Below are positions 11,733-23,310 of a stretch of DNA of 64,000 nucleotides, one piece after another. The notes beneath the pieces were generated by a model, which saw only the letters and a list, made by a program, of their open reading frames with translations, searched no databases and was not told the origin of the DNA. Source of the DNA: Amphiscolops sp. MND2022 (taxonomy: Eukaryota); NCBI GenBank assembly GCA_964187785.1, contig OZ076409.1, forward strand, positions 55,616,001-55,680,000, written 5' to 3'. How positions within the stretch are numbered: position 1 is the first letter of the stretch; each line of letters opens with the position of its first letter. Made by a program: the position numbers and the translations under genes.

Positions 11733-14570
11733 AAAAAAAGCCACAACTGTGTTCAGCACTTTTCATGAAAGTGCCACTTAAGGTAAGACATTTAAATCTT
11801 GAGGAATCGAAGATAAACCTAGCAATCGTTTTGCTACAAAGGTCTACTGTGTTCACATAAAGTAAACCAATATGATTGTCGCGAGAAATGTGATTATCTG
11901 TGTCGTATGCTGCCTCCTGTAAATACTTATTTGTATAACTAGACCTTAAGTCAACCTAACTACGGCAAACTAATATTACATGTATTGCTCATGAAGTAGA
12001 CGCTTTACTATTTCTCGCCCACATGTAGTGGTAATTGGGGAATAAAATCATATTCTGTGTTGCGTTTTTTCCGTCATTCTGCCAAAACTCCACTTTATAT
12101 CCACTCCAATTATCTTAGTTACTTGACTATTTTATCAGCGGAAAAAATCCCAATGCTTAGCGGGCGTCTTGTTTTGTTTAAAAATTTGTTTTGAGACAAA
12201 GAATAAACATTAATGGACTTGAAGTCGCTTCGACCACATCAACTATTGTCCGATGCAAACAATAATACTCAACTTTATTGTTTTTATAAATCGTTTTGTA
12301 CATCGTTTTGTATAATTTAAAACTGTACTTTTAGTTGTGTAAACTACTTTTATTTTATTATGAACAAACTCATTGCGATTATATTAGCAAGAAAATTGCA
12401 GTTGCGGAAATGTGATCAATTTAACATTCACAAAAAACGCGTTCGAATAATGCGGCTCTTTAGCTAGCTCAACGCACGGTCTTTTGGAATTCTTAACCAA
12501 TCAGAAGCGCTCTTAGCTCCAGTCAAAGGGAACGCTAGTTCAATAACTTCATTAGAAACTGCTATCAATTATGTTATTATTTTCCGCCCATGTATATTGG
12601 CGGAAAACTCTGCCAAATCTCTATTACCTCCATCTTTACTTGACTATTTTTTTTACTTGTCTACTAGGAAAGAAAAGAAAGTTTATTAGGCTGCATACTC
12701 GAAAAGATACAATTTCATCTCATGGTATTGAAGAAATTCTAAATTTACACCCAGCCAGGAGAGAGGATGGCCTTAAGCAGCTCTTCTAGCCTCTCCCCTT
12801 AAAATGAATAACATAAAGAGGAAAGTTGCAAAACAATTATTGTGTCAAATTTCTGTTGTTCAAGGGTTTTTCTTTCGGATTGCAAAACCGACGGTTTTGG
12901 GATAATTAGAATAGTTTCATATAGGCGACTTCCCTTTACATACAAATGAGATGTGACTGTGTTCCAGCTGTGTTCATTTTCGGTAAGTCAACTGGTATTA
13001 ATTTATGGTCTTTCAACCAATTATCTGCCTTCCGCAATCTGTTGTCCACTGATTTGGCTCGGGTAACAGTTCGACGGGTGAAAGTCAATGGTGGAAATTT
13101 TTTTCTTTTAATCTGGTATTACATTGGCAAAGTCCGAGTCTATCTTGAAAAAAAAAGCCACAACTGTGTTCAGCACTTTTCATGAAAGTGCCACTTAAGG
13201 TAAGACATTTAAATCTTGAGGAATCGAAGATAAACCTAGCAATCGTTTTGCTACAAAGGTCTACTGTGTTCACATAAAGTAAACCAATATGATTGTCGCG
13301 AGAAATGTGATTATCTGTGTCGTATGCTGCCTCCTGTAAATACTTATTTGTATAACTAGACCTTAAGTCAACCTAACTACGGCAAACTAATATTACATGT
13401 ATTGCTCATGAAGTAGACGCTTTACTATTTCTCGCCCACATGTAGTGGTAATTGGGGAATAAAATCATATTCTGTGTTGCGTTTTTTCCGTCATTCTGCC
13501 AAAACTCCACTTTATATCCACTCCAATTATCTTAGTTACTTGACTATTTTATCAGCGGAAAAAATCCCAATGCTTAGCGGGCGTCTTGTTTTGTTTAAAA
13601 ATTTGTTTTGAGACAAAGAATAAACATTAATGGACTTGAAGTCGCTTCGACCACATCAACTATTGTCCGATGCAAACAATAATACTCAACTTTATCGTTT
13701 TTATAAATCGTTTTGTACATCGTTTTGTATAATTTAAAACTGTACTTTTAGTTGTGTAAACTACTTTTATTTTTTAATGAACAAACTCATTGCGATTATA
13801 TTAGCAAGAAAATTGCAGTTGCGGAAATGTGATCAATTTAACATTCACAAAAAACGCGTTCGAATAATGCGGCTCTTTAGCTAGCTCAACGCACGGTCTT
13901 TTGGAATTCTTAACCAATCAGAAGCGCTCTTAGCTCCAGTCAAAGGGAACGCTAGTTCAATAATTTCATTAGAAACTGCTATCAATTATGTTATTATTTT
14001 CCGCCCATGTATATTGGCGGAAAACTCTGCCAAATCTCTATTACCTCCATCTTTACTTGACTATTTTTTTTACTTGTCTACTAGGGAAGAAAAGAAAGTT
14101 TCTTTGGCTGCATACTCGAAAAGATACAATTTCATCTCATGGTATTGAAGAAATTCTAAATTTACACCCAGCCAGGAGAGAGGATGGCCTTAAGCAGCTC
14201 TTCTAGCCTCTCCCCTTAAAATGAATAACATAAAGAGGAAAGTTGCAAAACAATTATTGTGTCAAATTTCTGTTGTTCAAGGGTTTTTCTTTCGGATTGC
14301 AAAACCGACGGTTTTGGGATAATTAGAATAGTTTCATATAGGCGACTTCCCTTTACATACAAATGAGATGTGACTGTGTTCCAGCTGTGTTCATTTTCGG
14401 TAAGTCAACTGGTATTAATTTATGGTCTTTCAACCAATTATCTGCCTTCCGCAATCTGTTGTCCACTGATTTGGCTCGGGTAACAGTTCGACGGGTGAAA
14501 GTCAATGGTGGAAAACTTTTTTCTTTTAATCTGGTATTACATTGGCAAAGTCCGAGTCTATCTTGAAAAA
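11733..14570. repeat. Near-identical head-to-tail tandem duplication, unit 1417 bp (11733-13149, 13150-~14570)
   Basis: AAAAAAAGCCACAACTGTG at both unit starts; matching ORFs are offset by 1417 (12571/13988, 12946/14363); only a few substitutions/indels. Confidence 0.93.
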
Positions 14571-14579
14571 TATGGTGAT

Positions 14580-16960
14580 TCAGGTTTTAGCTGTTTTAAT
14601 ATTTCTCTGCAAACTTCTATACTTTATAGCTCAAATACCGTTAGTATAATCTTCTCGAAAAGTTGTTTGATACTCTTATATTCATTTTTGCAGAAAATTG
14701 CTCTCAAAGATCTCCTCTGTATACTTTCAATTTTTTTTCAAATTCGTTTTTGCGGCACTGCCATAGAAAAGCAAACGATTTGCGATGATTGATTTTGCGA
14801 GCTATAGAAGTTGAGAAGGCAGGTAACGGGATACATATCTCTGACTTATATCAGAAGTATATCACACCACTGAATTTATTCAATTTTTTGTAACATGTTC
14901 AATATGATCACGGAGTGTAAGTTTACTGTCTAAGTAAACTCCTAAGTATTTAGCCGAATCCTTTATTGAAAGCTTCTGTCCCAGTAAATCTCATCAGGCT
15001 GTAGCAATGATCCCGTTCGTTTTCCTGATTTAAGGATTGAGGTGTCGTCAGCAAAAACAGCAATCTTATTGCTGTTTTGAGCATAGCTTGCTAAATCGTT
15101 GATATAAACGAGGAAAAGGAACGGCCCGAGAAAAGATCCTCGAGGAACACCGGTTGAAATTGCTTGGTATTCTGTTTTCTTTTGATTGACTTCCACAAAT
15201 TGTCATCTATTACTCAAGTAATCGTTAATCAATTCGTAAATTCGACCCCTAAATTCGTACGAGTGCAGTTTGTTCAACAGTAACCGTATGATCCAACGAA
15301 TCGAATGTTTTCTTCAAGCCCAAAAAACAAGCATGACCAGAGCTTTTTTGTCCATTTCCTCTATTATAGTCGGTGACACTAGTAATGGCATGCACACATG
15401 AACGTTTAGCTCGAAATCCAAATTGCATAGGTGAAAATAGTTTATTGGTATTGAAGAAACCCGAAAGTCTAGAATAGAGAAATTTTTCAAGTAGTTTACT
15501 TATTGAGCATAGTAAAATAATAGGTCGATAGTTTTCTGCCCTAACTCGCTCGCCTTTTTTGAATATTGGTACAATTTTTGCTACTTTTGGACAATTTGGA
15601 ATTTTTTGCGAATCTATATATTTTGAATGCCTTCACTATGTCTTTTTCAACTATGGGGGTGCAGCATTTTAACATTTCTTTGCCAATTCCATCTTGACCC
15701 TACCTTTTTTGTTCTTTAAATTTTGAATGATTTTTAAGACTTCAGTTTCATCAGTTTATGATAAAACCATAGATTTGACATTGTTTGGAACTTTTACGGG
15801 TTCGTCGTCTATCGGATTTTTTGTTGACAAGACAGAACCAATGGTTACAAAATACTCATTCAATTTTTCGATATCTGGAACTTCAGGTTGCTTTTGGTTA
15901 TTTGATAGCTGATTTTTCAAGTTTTTGCAAATGGTTCTGCTCAATGGATTGGGTCCCATTTTTTTGAAACAGCAGTCTCCCTTGGCATTTCGTATTAGTG
16001 ATGTTGTCACGTTATGTTGTTTTTTGTACTTTTTGTTATTGTTTACACTAGGCGTCATTGTCCAGCTTGGAAACAATTGATTTCGTTTAGTAATGGCGTT
16101 TTTATTGTATTGGTTATCCAATTATCAGGATTTTCGTTCGTTGTGATTTCTGTTACAAGTGCGAAACGCTCAATGCAATCTAGTAAACATCTTGAAACTT
16201 GTTCAATATGATTCAAGTTGTTTCTATCTAGCTTCATTAACCTTTGTTCTAGGATAAAATTTTTAGAGCATTGTCGTCTTTAATGTTTTCATGTTCCTAG
16301 AATTTCGCTGAGAATACTTACTGTTACTTCAATTTTCACATCAGGAATTTCACCTAGTACTGTACAATGATCACTCATTGTGTTTTTTTTCAGTTTGATG
16401 GACCGTCTGGTAATTAGTAATGTAATGATCTAGACATGTTATCCTATTTCAAGACCATTGACCGCAATACATTTTAATCATTGTCCCCCGTTGAGTGTTC
16501 TGCAGATTTGTCATTTTGACGAGGAGCTTTCTGTTGCATACTATCTTCCCCAGGTGAAGTTCGTAGTCTCTTCAAGTAATTGTTGTTGCTACAATGTTTT
16601 TGGTGAGGAGTTGTCGCAGCCATAGCGGTGGTTTTTTCGATGGCCTTTTCCTTAATGTCAACAGCTTTTTTGGAATTGTCGATCACGCTCCGAAATTGGT
16701 TGTCTTCAGTTTTCGTGAAAATTTTCACCTCACAATTGTAGGTTGAAGCGATAAGACCTTCTCGTTTGGCACGTTCAATCATTTCTTTTTGGCAGCGAGG
16801 CAGTCGTTCTTTCATGAATATTGGTCTGGTGTTAATTGGAAGTTGTTTCCTGCAAGCCATGATTTTCTGCCATACAGCTCGTTTTTTTCATCAAAGTACA
16901 AAAAAGTGACAATGATGGCTGGAGGAAACCTTTCATCACGCCAACTACTGAGATTTAGCT
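14580..16960 (-). mobile_element. Degenerate non-LTR retrotransposon (LINE, CR1/L2/Jockey-like): ORF1 tail plus endonuclease-RT remnants
   Basis: RT motifs TGVPRGSFLGPFLFLVYINDL and VFADDT (14963-15196), KYLGVYLDSKL (~14930-14960), YRPI (~15520), endonuclease-end SDH (~16370), and an ORF1-like IFMKERLP segment (16474-16860). Many stops and frameshifts. Confidence 0.85.
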
Positions 16961-16987
16961 ACTAGCGATAGTTACAATTTAGTTCAC

Positions 16988-18274
16988 TGTTATAATCGTC
17001 TCCTGTACGGTCTTCATTTACAACTTTACAACAAAAGTATCATCCAAATCAAAGGTTTTTGTACAAACTGATTGCATCGGCGTTCTACGTTCATTTGTTC
17101 CTGATGGCTTGAAAGGACTATCGTGTATTCCGTTTTCTTGATTATCGGTATCAGATGCGGTCATTTCACCGCCTTCATCATTTGTGCATGTTGGTGTTTC
17201 TAATCGTGATGTTGTTTGTCCATTATTTTTCTTCTTGGGAACTGTTTGCATTCTTTTGCTATTCTTTCTTTCTCTCATCAATTTTTTAAACTTTTTCTTT
17301 CATTTCTTTTCTCAGTTCACCGTTTGTTTCATCTGCCCTTCTTTCAGTCCACACTTGCAACTCGTTCGTTTTTGTGTAGCATCATTTAAAGCTGCTTCTC
17401 TGTCTTCAACTGAATTGACATTATCAAAACTATCAAGTGTCTCAACCATTGTTTTCTTGGCTTGTGTTGCCTTTGCTTGTTAAGCACTTATTTCTCTCTG
17501 AATTAAGGCGACTGTCGTTGTTTAGATCTTCTGTTCCTTTTTCCCATCGCAAGTAGGTTAAAAGGATGTTCCGTTAGAGAGAAAAGAATAATGCGAAGTT
17601 AAGAACATATTCGAATAACTTATTCCTACTATCAGATAATCAAAATAGAGTAGGCATTATAATAGGATAAACTGTGTTTCTTATCTTCAAGGGGATAAGA
17701 AAAGTAAGTCTTGGTTCTACGGTGATTTTTGAAGGAATGAACTTTTCAGGAGGTTTTTTGCTCTAACTGTCCCTTTGTTGAGGTCTGTTTTTAGCAACAT
17801 GACAGTCTTTATTTGAGAAATCATCATTTCGTCATTATTATGTTATGTTTTATAAAAAGGGTTTAACAAGACAAATTATTTAAAAACAGAATCATACATG
17901 ACGTAATGCACTGCCTTCTGATTGGCTACAAAATGTATCATACTGTTTTCGACAAATATCAATGGAAGTAAAAGGAATATGCAGTATGTGTCGTTTATCT
18001 TACTTTCAGCAACCAACTGAATAGATGCTATTGTTTACGGATGAGTCATACCACTAATGTCACATTTAATATATCGCACGAAGGAAATTGTACTGCATTA
18101 TGCTGTAAGTTCAAAACGGCAGTTGAAACAAATGGTTAAGTTCTATACGCATTAGTGCTGCATAAGAACTACATATAATTTATTCCTTTCATAACTGAAC
18201 GTACAAAATGGTATTATGCATTAGATAAACAAACAAAATGCACTATGGATTGATTTGTATGTAAACCAACGTCA
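16988..18274 (-). mobile_element. Possible solo LTR of a related gypsy family, carrying a gag N-terminal fragment
   Basis: Minus strand ends ...GACGATTATAACA (EDRTGDDY), compared with GAGGATTATCACA (LEDYH) at the end of the main element's LTR. ORF 17018-17281 PFKPSGTNERRTP resembles Gag PVRASKMTELKQP. Candidate TSD TTCAC at 16983-16987 and 18275-18279; the right boundary is tentative. Confidence 0.5.
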
Positions 18275-19085
18275 TTCACAAAGTTTATTTAGCATCAATA
18301 GTGAACAAATTCCACCATCGATGTCATCAAAATGTTATATATAAAATTACGTGACACAAGTCCTAAAGAGTAGCAAGTTCTTGAATGATTGTTCCGAAGA
18401 CGGGATGAAGCATTGAACTTCGGACCCAACGCAAACTCTAGGCTGCGACATCACTTGTATTATTTTACCATCATTATTATAATATTCTATCAACTCTAGA
18501 TAAGCTGAATTAACATGCAACTCTGGAGCTTTTGAATTCAAAGATCAGCAACTTTGAAACCTGAAGTCCCAAAAAAATGCACTTCGATGTCTAGTTGAAA
18601 AACGTACGTACTACGGAAGTATTTATAGAGACTATATATCACAGAAAACACAATTGTATTACAACTGATGTTACTTGTATCAGAAGTAATTTAATGGCCA
18701 CTTCTCTATAAAACCATATATATAATAAACAACAATACAACAGTTTTCGAACGCTGGATTTGCAGGTGAGACAATTCCTTGGTAACATAGTAAAAGCTAA
18801 GCACCAGAAAAGTCCACTGAATAATCATCAAACTTAAAGAGGAAGGTTATCTCTGCCTATGAATTAGCCTTATTTATGAACAACGTGAGCAATTACAATA
18901 ATCAGGCAGGTATGGAAAGCTTTGGACGCGAATATGACTGGAGGTAATTCAAAAGTGAAAAAGAAGACTCAAAAGTAGATTTAGTTCATCAATTATCTAT
19001 GAAGGTCAAATTCTGAAAAAAGATAGAGGTGGAAACTCATTGATGCAAAACAAATCATGCTCCTTGACTGAAATGTCATTACAAG

Positions 19086-20807
19086 TGTGATAATCCTCTA
19101 GGGACTCTGCATCTGACTCTTCGTCTGAATGAATGGTTACATCTACGTCGGATTCACTTCGAAACAAAGGCTTTGCAGGTTGTTTTAATTCTGTCATTTT
19201 AGATGCCCTAACAGGATTACTCTCATCTTCAGATTCAGTACTTTCTATATTGGATGCATGAACTCCTATAGACTCTTTACTTTTAGATCCCGTGGGTTGT
19301 ATATCTTCAATTTCATTAGTTATAGACCTTGGGTTCGTTACTGTTGAGTGACTCCTGTTTGATTTTATCTCTTTCAGAATAGCATCTAGTTTATTCTCCA
19401 TCTCCTCTCTCATTTTTTCAATCCTATCATTGTTTCTCTGATCAATAATCTCGGTCCAAGCTTGCATCTCAGAACTAGCTTGACTGGGTTCGACAAGTTG
19501 ATTTCCTGGGTTCGGTTCTCCTAAATCTCCATCAACATTTAAGTTGGAATTAGTTAAAGTTATATTACCTGTCTCAGAAAAATCAGTTCTAGTTCTATCT
19601 TCCTCTCTTTCTGGGGACGGGGTTGCCAGTCTCCTTGATCTTCTACTTCTCTTATTCCCCATCTTGTTGAGTAAAAAACTAGTTATGGTTGTTGGGGAAG
19701 AATTTTAATTAGTTTCAGATTGGAAAATCCAAACTTCGGGAAAACAATGAAAATGAAAATGAAGACAAAATGAAGGCAAAAGCTTGTATGAATTGATTCA
19801 ACTGCACTTTATGAAGGTTATCTCAATTATATCTTTATCACAAATCACCCTTTTCTCCAAAATAAAAACAATGACAACCATTTTTACAGATATCATAGAA
19901 TCCTGGAAAAACCCAAATATAGTATGATATCATAGTTGCGTAATTCTATTTATAACATCATCACAATGATTCGAATGCACTCAAATGAACTTAAGACCCT
20001 AGAAAAATGCTTTAAAACCGTAGATATAACATCACGAACAGCATAAATTGTATAACGAATGAATACTGCATTATATCGCCGAAAACCGTATATCACCGCA
20101 TATGCAACATATCTCGCAACGTATGGTAACGTATAATGTATATGAACATCGTTGTCAATACGCAAGTTGATGTATATGCTACTTCATTCATTACGCACAA
20201 TCATTCATAATTCAATTATGTGAAACGTATGTTAATGCGTGGTGACTGTCCACAAAACCGCATAGTGACGCATAATGGTAGTGAAAAAAGGTATATCACC
20301 GCATGCTTTTAATACTTAAACGTGCATAATGATGTATGTTCAAAAGCGTATATTGACGTATACTCGTTAAGCTGAAATGCGTATGTTGGTGTATACTTGC
20401 CAAGCCAAAACGTGTATGATGACGTATATACAATAAACCTAATTATGCGTGATACCGCTCTTTGGTATTTACAAAATGTTCAATGACACATGTTAACCAT
20501 CTTGATAACAGTATGATCGCGCATAATGATAAATCAAAAACCACGAGTAAGTCATTCTTATGCAATCACAAAACATATGTTACGTCCATGAATGAAATTT
20601 AAACGGGTCAAGGAGCTTTGAAGGGTCTGCAAAAACAATTAAAAAGGAAACATCCTCAATAAGAACAAATGGATGATCATCAAGATACGGTAGAAAATGT
20701 TATTAGAATGAGTTTTGATGGGTTTAAAATGTTTGTTTCACCAAGTTTTGGGGTTGTTCCTTTTTAGTGCTGCTCTACGGAACCATCGCATCTTGGTGGA
20801 TGCGACA
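19086..20807 (-). repeat. 3' LTR (1722 bp)
   Basis: Matches 34230-35951 at a constant offset of 15144; I counted five substitutions by eye. Confidence 0.97.
20087..20524 (+). promoter_or_regulatory. Phased CGYAT-N5-CGYAT motif array in LTR U3 (copy at 35231-35668)
   Basis: Units, some degenerate, start at 20087, 20120, 20161, 20194, 20226, 20259, 20290, 20323, 20347, 20380, 20413, 20446, 20477 and 20510; spacing is mostly 31-33 bp. Confidence 0.8.
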
Positions 20808-21792
20808 GTCCCGCATTTTTAAAAAGGAACAATGCCGCCTCAAATCCATGGACGAATGCCCTTGATCTTATGGTTCTCTCTTTTACTGTCTCGCCCTCAT
20901 ATTCCGTTGCAGCTAGATACTCGCCCAGGGTCTCCAATGCTATCTGATCGTAGCATTTTCCACATAGTTGACAGTAACATGCGACGTTTGCCATCACTGT
21001 GGGTATCAGTCGAATGCTGTGTCTTTCCTGGGCTGGGATTAATAAAGAGTTAGCACTGTGAGTGGTATTGAAAGGGAACCCGAGTTGAACCATAGGTTGC
21101 ATCAACTGTGTCACTCTTCGAGTCTCATGACTAGTCTCACCGATGTTAAGGGGGAACAACATTGGAGATAAGTTGAATCCCACTACATTTCCCTGCACAG
21201 TACTTTGTGGAGGAACTATATTCCCTTGTGTTTCTTGTTCCATCGGCTCATTTAAAGGCTGTTGTTGGATGCTTGTTAACTCGGGCCTATAGTTTGGCGG
21301 GTACAGAGGTATTGGGCGTGCAAGAATTCCTGAGTCATCAGAACTTCTCCTCTGGTTCGGTGGGACAATAGCGGTGGGTCGGCCATAACTATTGGTGGGT
21401 TCTCTACATCTGTCTCTTTGAGTCCAAGGGGATAAATTCCCTTCTTCAAATTCGCTGTCCACAAACGAATTTGGAGAGGCCACCTGCTCGCTTTGGGGGT
21501 CCCCGATCAAATTCATAAGGTCCCTTTCCAGTTGGGTTCCTGACGCAATAGTGGTTACATCTTGAGTCAGTGATTCGCTTGTACTCGGGAACAAAGTAGC
21601 TGTTGTTGCGCCCACAAATGCCGACATTAGATTGCTCCCAGATGTATTTATTCGAAACTTGTCATCTAGGTGGGTAATGTCTCCGGGGGCGAGGGAAAAA
21701 GAGTCTTCTGATCCGCTTGAAATATCCACCACATCGGGCGATATGGGGGAATAAAGATAGGCATCATCAATGTTGAATTGAGATTTATTCAT
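20764..21792 (-). CDS. 342-aa accessory protein (sense to gag-pol): disordered N-terminus, C-terminal CxCxxCxxC cluster and helical domain
   Basis: Intact ATG-to-TAA ORF containing VACYCQLCGKCYDQ. It reads through the PPT and stops inside the 3' LTR. Confidence 0.8.
   Translation of the reverse strand: MNKSQFNIDDAYLYSPISPDVVDISSGSEDSFSLAPGDITHLDDKFRINTSGSNLMSAFVGATTATLFPSTSESLTQDVTTIASGTQLERDLMNLIGDPQSEQVASPNSFVDSEFEEGNLSPWTQRDRCREPTNSYGRPTAIVPPNQRRSSDDSGILARPIPLYPPNYRPELTSIQQQPLNEPMEQETQGNIVPPQSTVQGNVVGFNLSPMLFPLNIGETSHETRRVTQLMQPMVQLGFPFNTTHSANSLLIPAQERHSIRLIPTVMANVACYCQLCGKCYDQIALETLGEYLAATEYEGETVKERTIRSRAFVHGFEAALFLFKNAGLSHPPRCDGSVEQH
20808..20823 (-). other. Polypurine-tract position (atypical TTTAAAAATGCGGGAC)
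   Basis: Immediately precedes the 3' LTR TGT on the minus strand; similar to TTAAAAACCGGGATGGA before the LTR of element 1. Confidence 0.6.
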
Positions 21793-23310
21793 TTTTTCAA
21801 AGTTACAGAAATGTTACTTGAAGTTTGAAATTTTGAAGGTTTTACAAGCGACTGATTTTCAGTTTAGCAAAGACCATATGGTGAAAATTCTACTTAAAAT
21901 TTCCTGACTTCACTGAAACCCCGCAAAAAACTTGAGTGTCATTGTAGCGTGGGGTCGACAAAGCCTTATATGGAAGTAAGGTTGATAAAACCTTATAAAC
22001 AAAGGTGTTTAGTCTGAGTTCTCTCCTTTAAGGTAAATAAACGAAGTAGGTGTAAGTTTTCCACACCTTCACCAATCGGAACTTTCTTTTGATCATCATT
22101 CAACTTTGTTCCAACTATAACTTGATTAGATGTAAACAAAAAATATCATGAGTTGAGATTTTACCGGGAGGGCAATTCAAAGATTTCATGGAGTTCCGTA
22201 TAAAAATGATCATGAACTTGTATTGATAGAATTAGCTACATGACTATTTTAAAGTTTTACAAAGGGAATAGTAAAATATTGGGTGTCCCGCACTTGAAAA
22301 GTGCGCAATTTCTTACTTCAAATATGATCAAACAGACAGTTCGTTTGTGAGATATCAATAGATTATTTTTGGTCCAAAAGTTTATTTCTAGGTACATCTC
22401 CACAGATTTCTCTTGTAGGCTTATAGTCCATCAACTGGTGTCTGTTTTTTCGTATCGACACTGTATTGCGTATGTTTATCTAAAGTTCTGCGCAAATGCG
22501 CATAACCACCATCACTGAGTGTGTGTATTAGCGTTGCATAATCGTATCACAGCAGCAAGCCATCAAATGAATAATCTCGTTGATTACATAATGTTCGGCG
22601 TAGTCATTCCACTGCAATAGTAGATATTAGCACGTGTTTATACTAGTCATATTTCAGCATAATGTCGTACAATCTGTATCCTTCTTTCCGCGGGTTGCCG
22701 CATACTCGTAGACTATTATTACGTATGCTGTCGTATATTATATATCTGTGAATCCGCATATTGACGTATATGCGCTGGCTGTAAATACGCATGTCACCGC
22801 ATATCAGTACTTTATCTCCGTGTATACACGTGTGCCTTCTGTGACAACTCCGCAGGTTACCGCATATGCCCTCAACACAAGTCCGCACGTTTGTGCTGTG
22901 GCAATTATGTTTGTTTTTATATTGCTTAAATGTCAATTACGTAATCAGACACTCTGGCAGGAAATGACTGACTTTTGAATCGACCAATCAGATTTAAGTA
23001 TATTGTATCTTTTGGTACAACCGCCATATTTATTTGCTTTTTGCCTTTCGTTTGAAACGCCACACCTTTACATTGCATCTTGATCATCACGATTTTACAT
23101 TGTATCTCTCAACGATTATCAACACTTTTTGAATCTTTAATTTTCCCAACTATCCTTTCTTCTCTTTTACTCCAGTTAGAGTTACAGTTCGAGTCCTTAA
23201 AGTCACAAATTTTACTCTTTTCCAATTATTAATTTGATATTGTTGATAAAGTTCTTCAATTTTGTACCCGATTTCTTTTTGGATAAACGTCAGTTGCTTC
23301 CAAATTCGTC
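21793..23310. promoter_or_regulatory. Divergent promoter region between the 342-aa ORF (-) and the six-exon gene (+)
   Basis: Head-to-head ATGs 1.5 kb apart; TATAAG on the minus strand (~21965-21970); CCAAT at ~22072 and ~22984; YY1-like CCGCCATATT at 23021-23030; central motif array. Confidence 0.55.
22656..22865 (+). promoter_or_regulatory. Phased CGYAT-N5-CGYAT array in the divergent promoter
   Basis: Units at 22656, 22689, 22722, 22755, 22788 (exact 33-bp period), then 22819 and 22851. Examples: CGTATGCTGTCGTAT, CGCATATTGACGTAT, CGCATGTCACCGCAT. Confidence 0.82.

Noticed and set aside
18767..18943. Additional host exon (TTGCAG acceptor ... GTAATT donor)
   Set aside because: All three frames from the acceptor contain stops and there is no EGF motif.
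19006..19662. Independent 218-aa gene
   Set aside because: It is the gag N-terminus duplicated in the 3' LTR, running 80 nt into host DNA.
19950..20165. 71-aa ORF (copy at 35094-35309), and ORFs 22643-22936, 22748-22978, 26461-26694
   Set aside because: Tyr/Arg/Ile-rich translations of the CGYAT motif arrays, with no coding signature.
20764..21792. env gene of the main element
   Set aside because: No signal peptide, transmembrane segment or fusogen-like Cys pattern.
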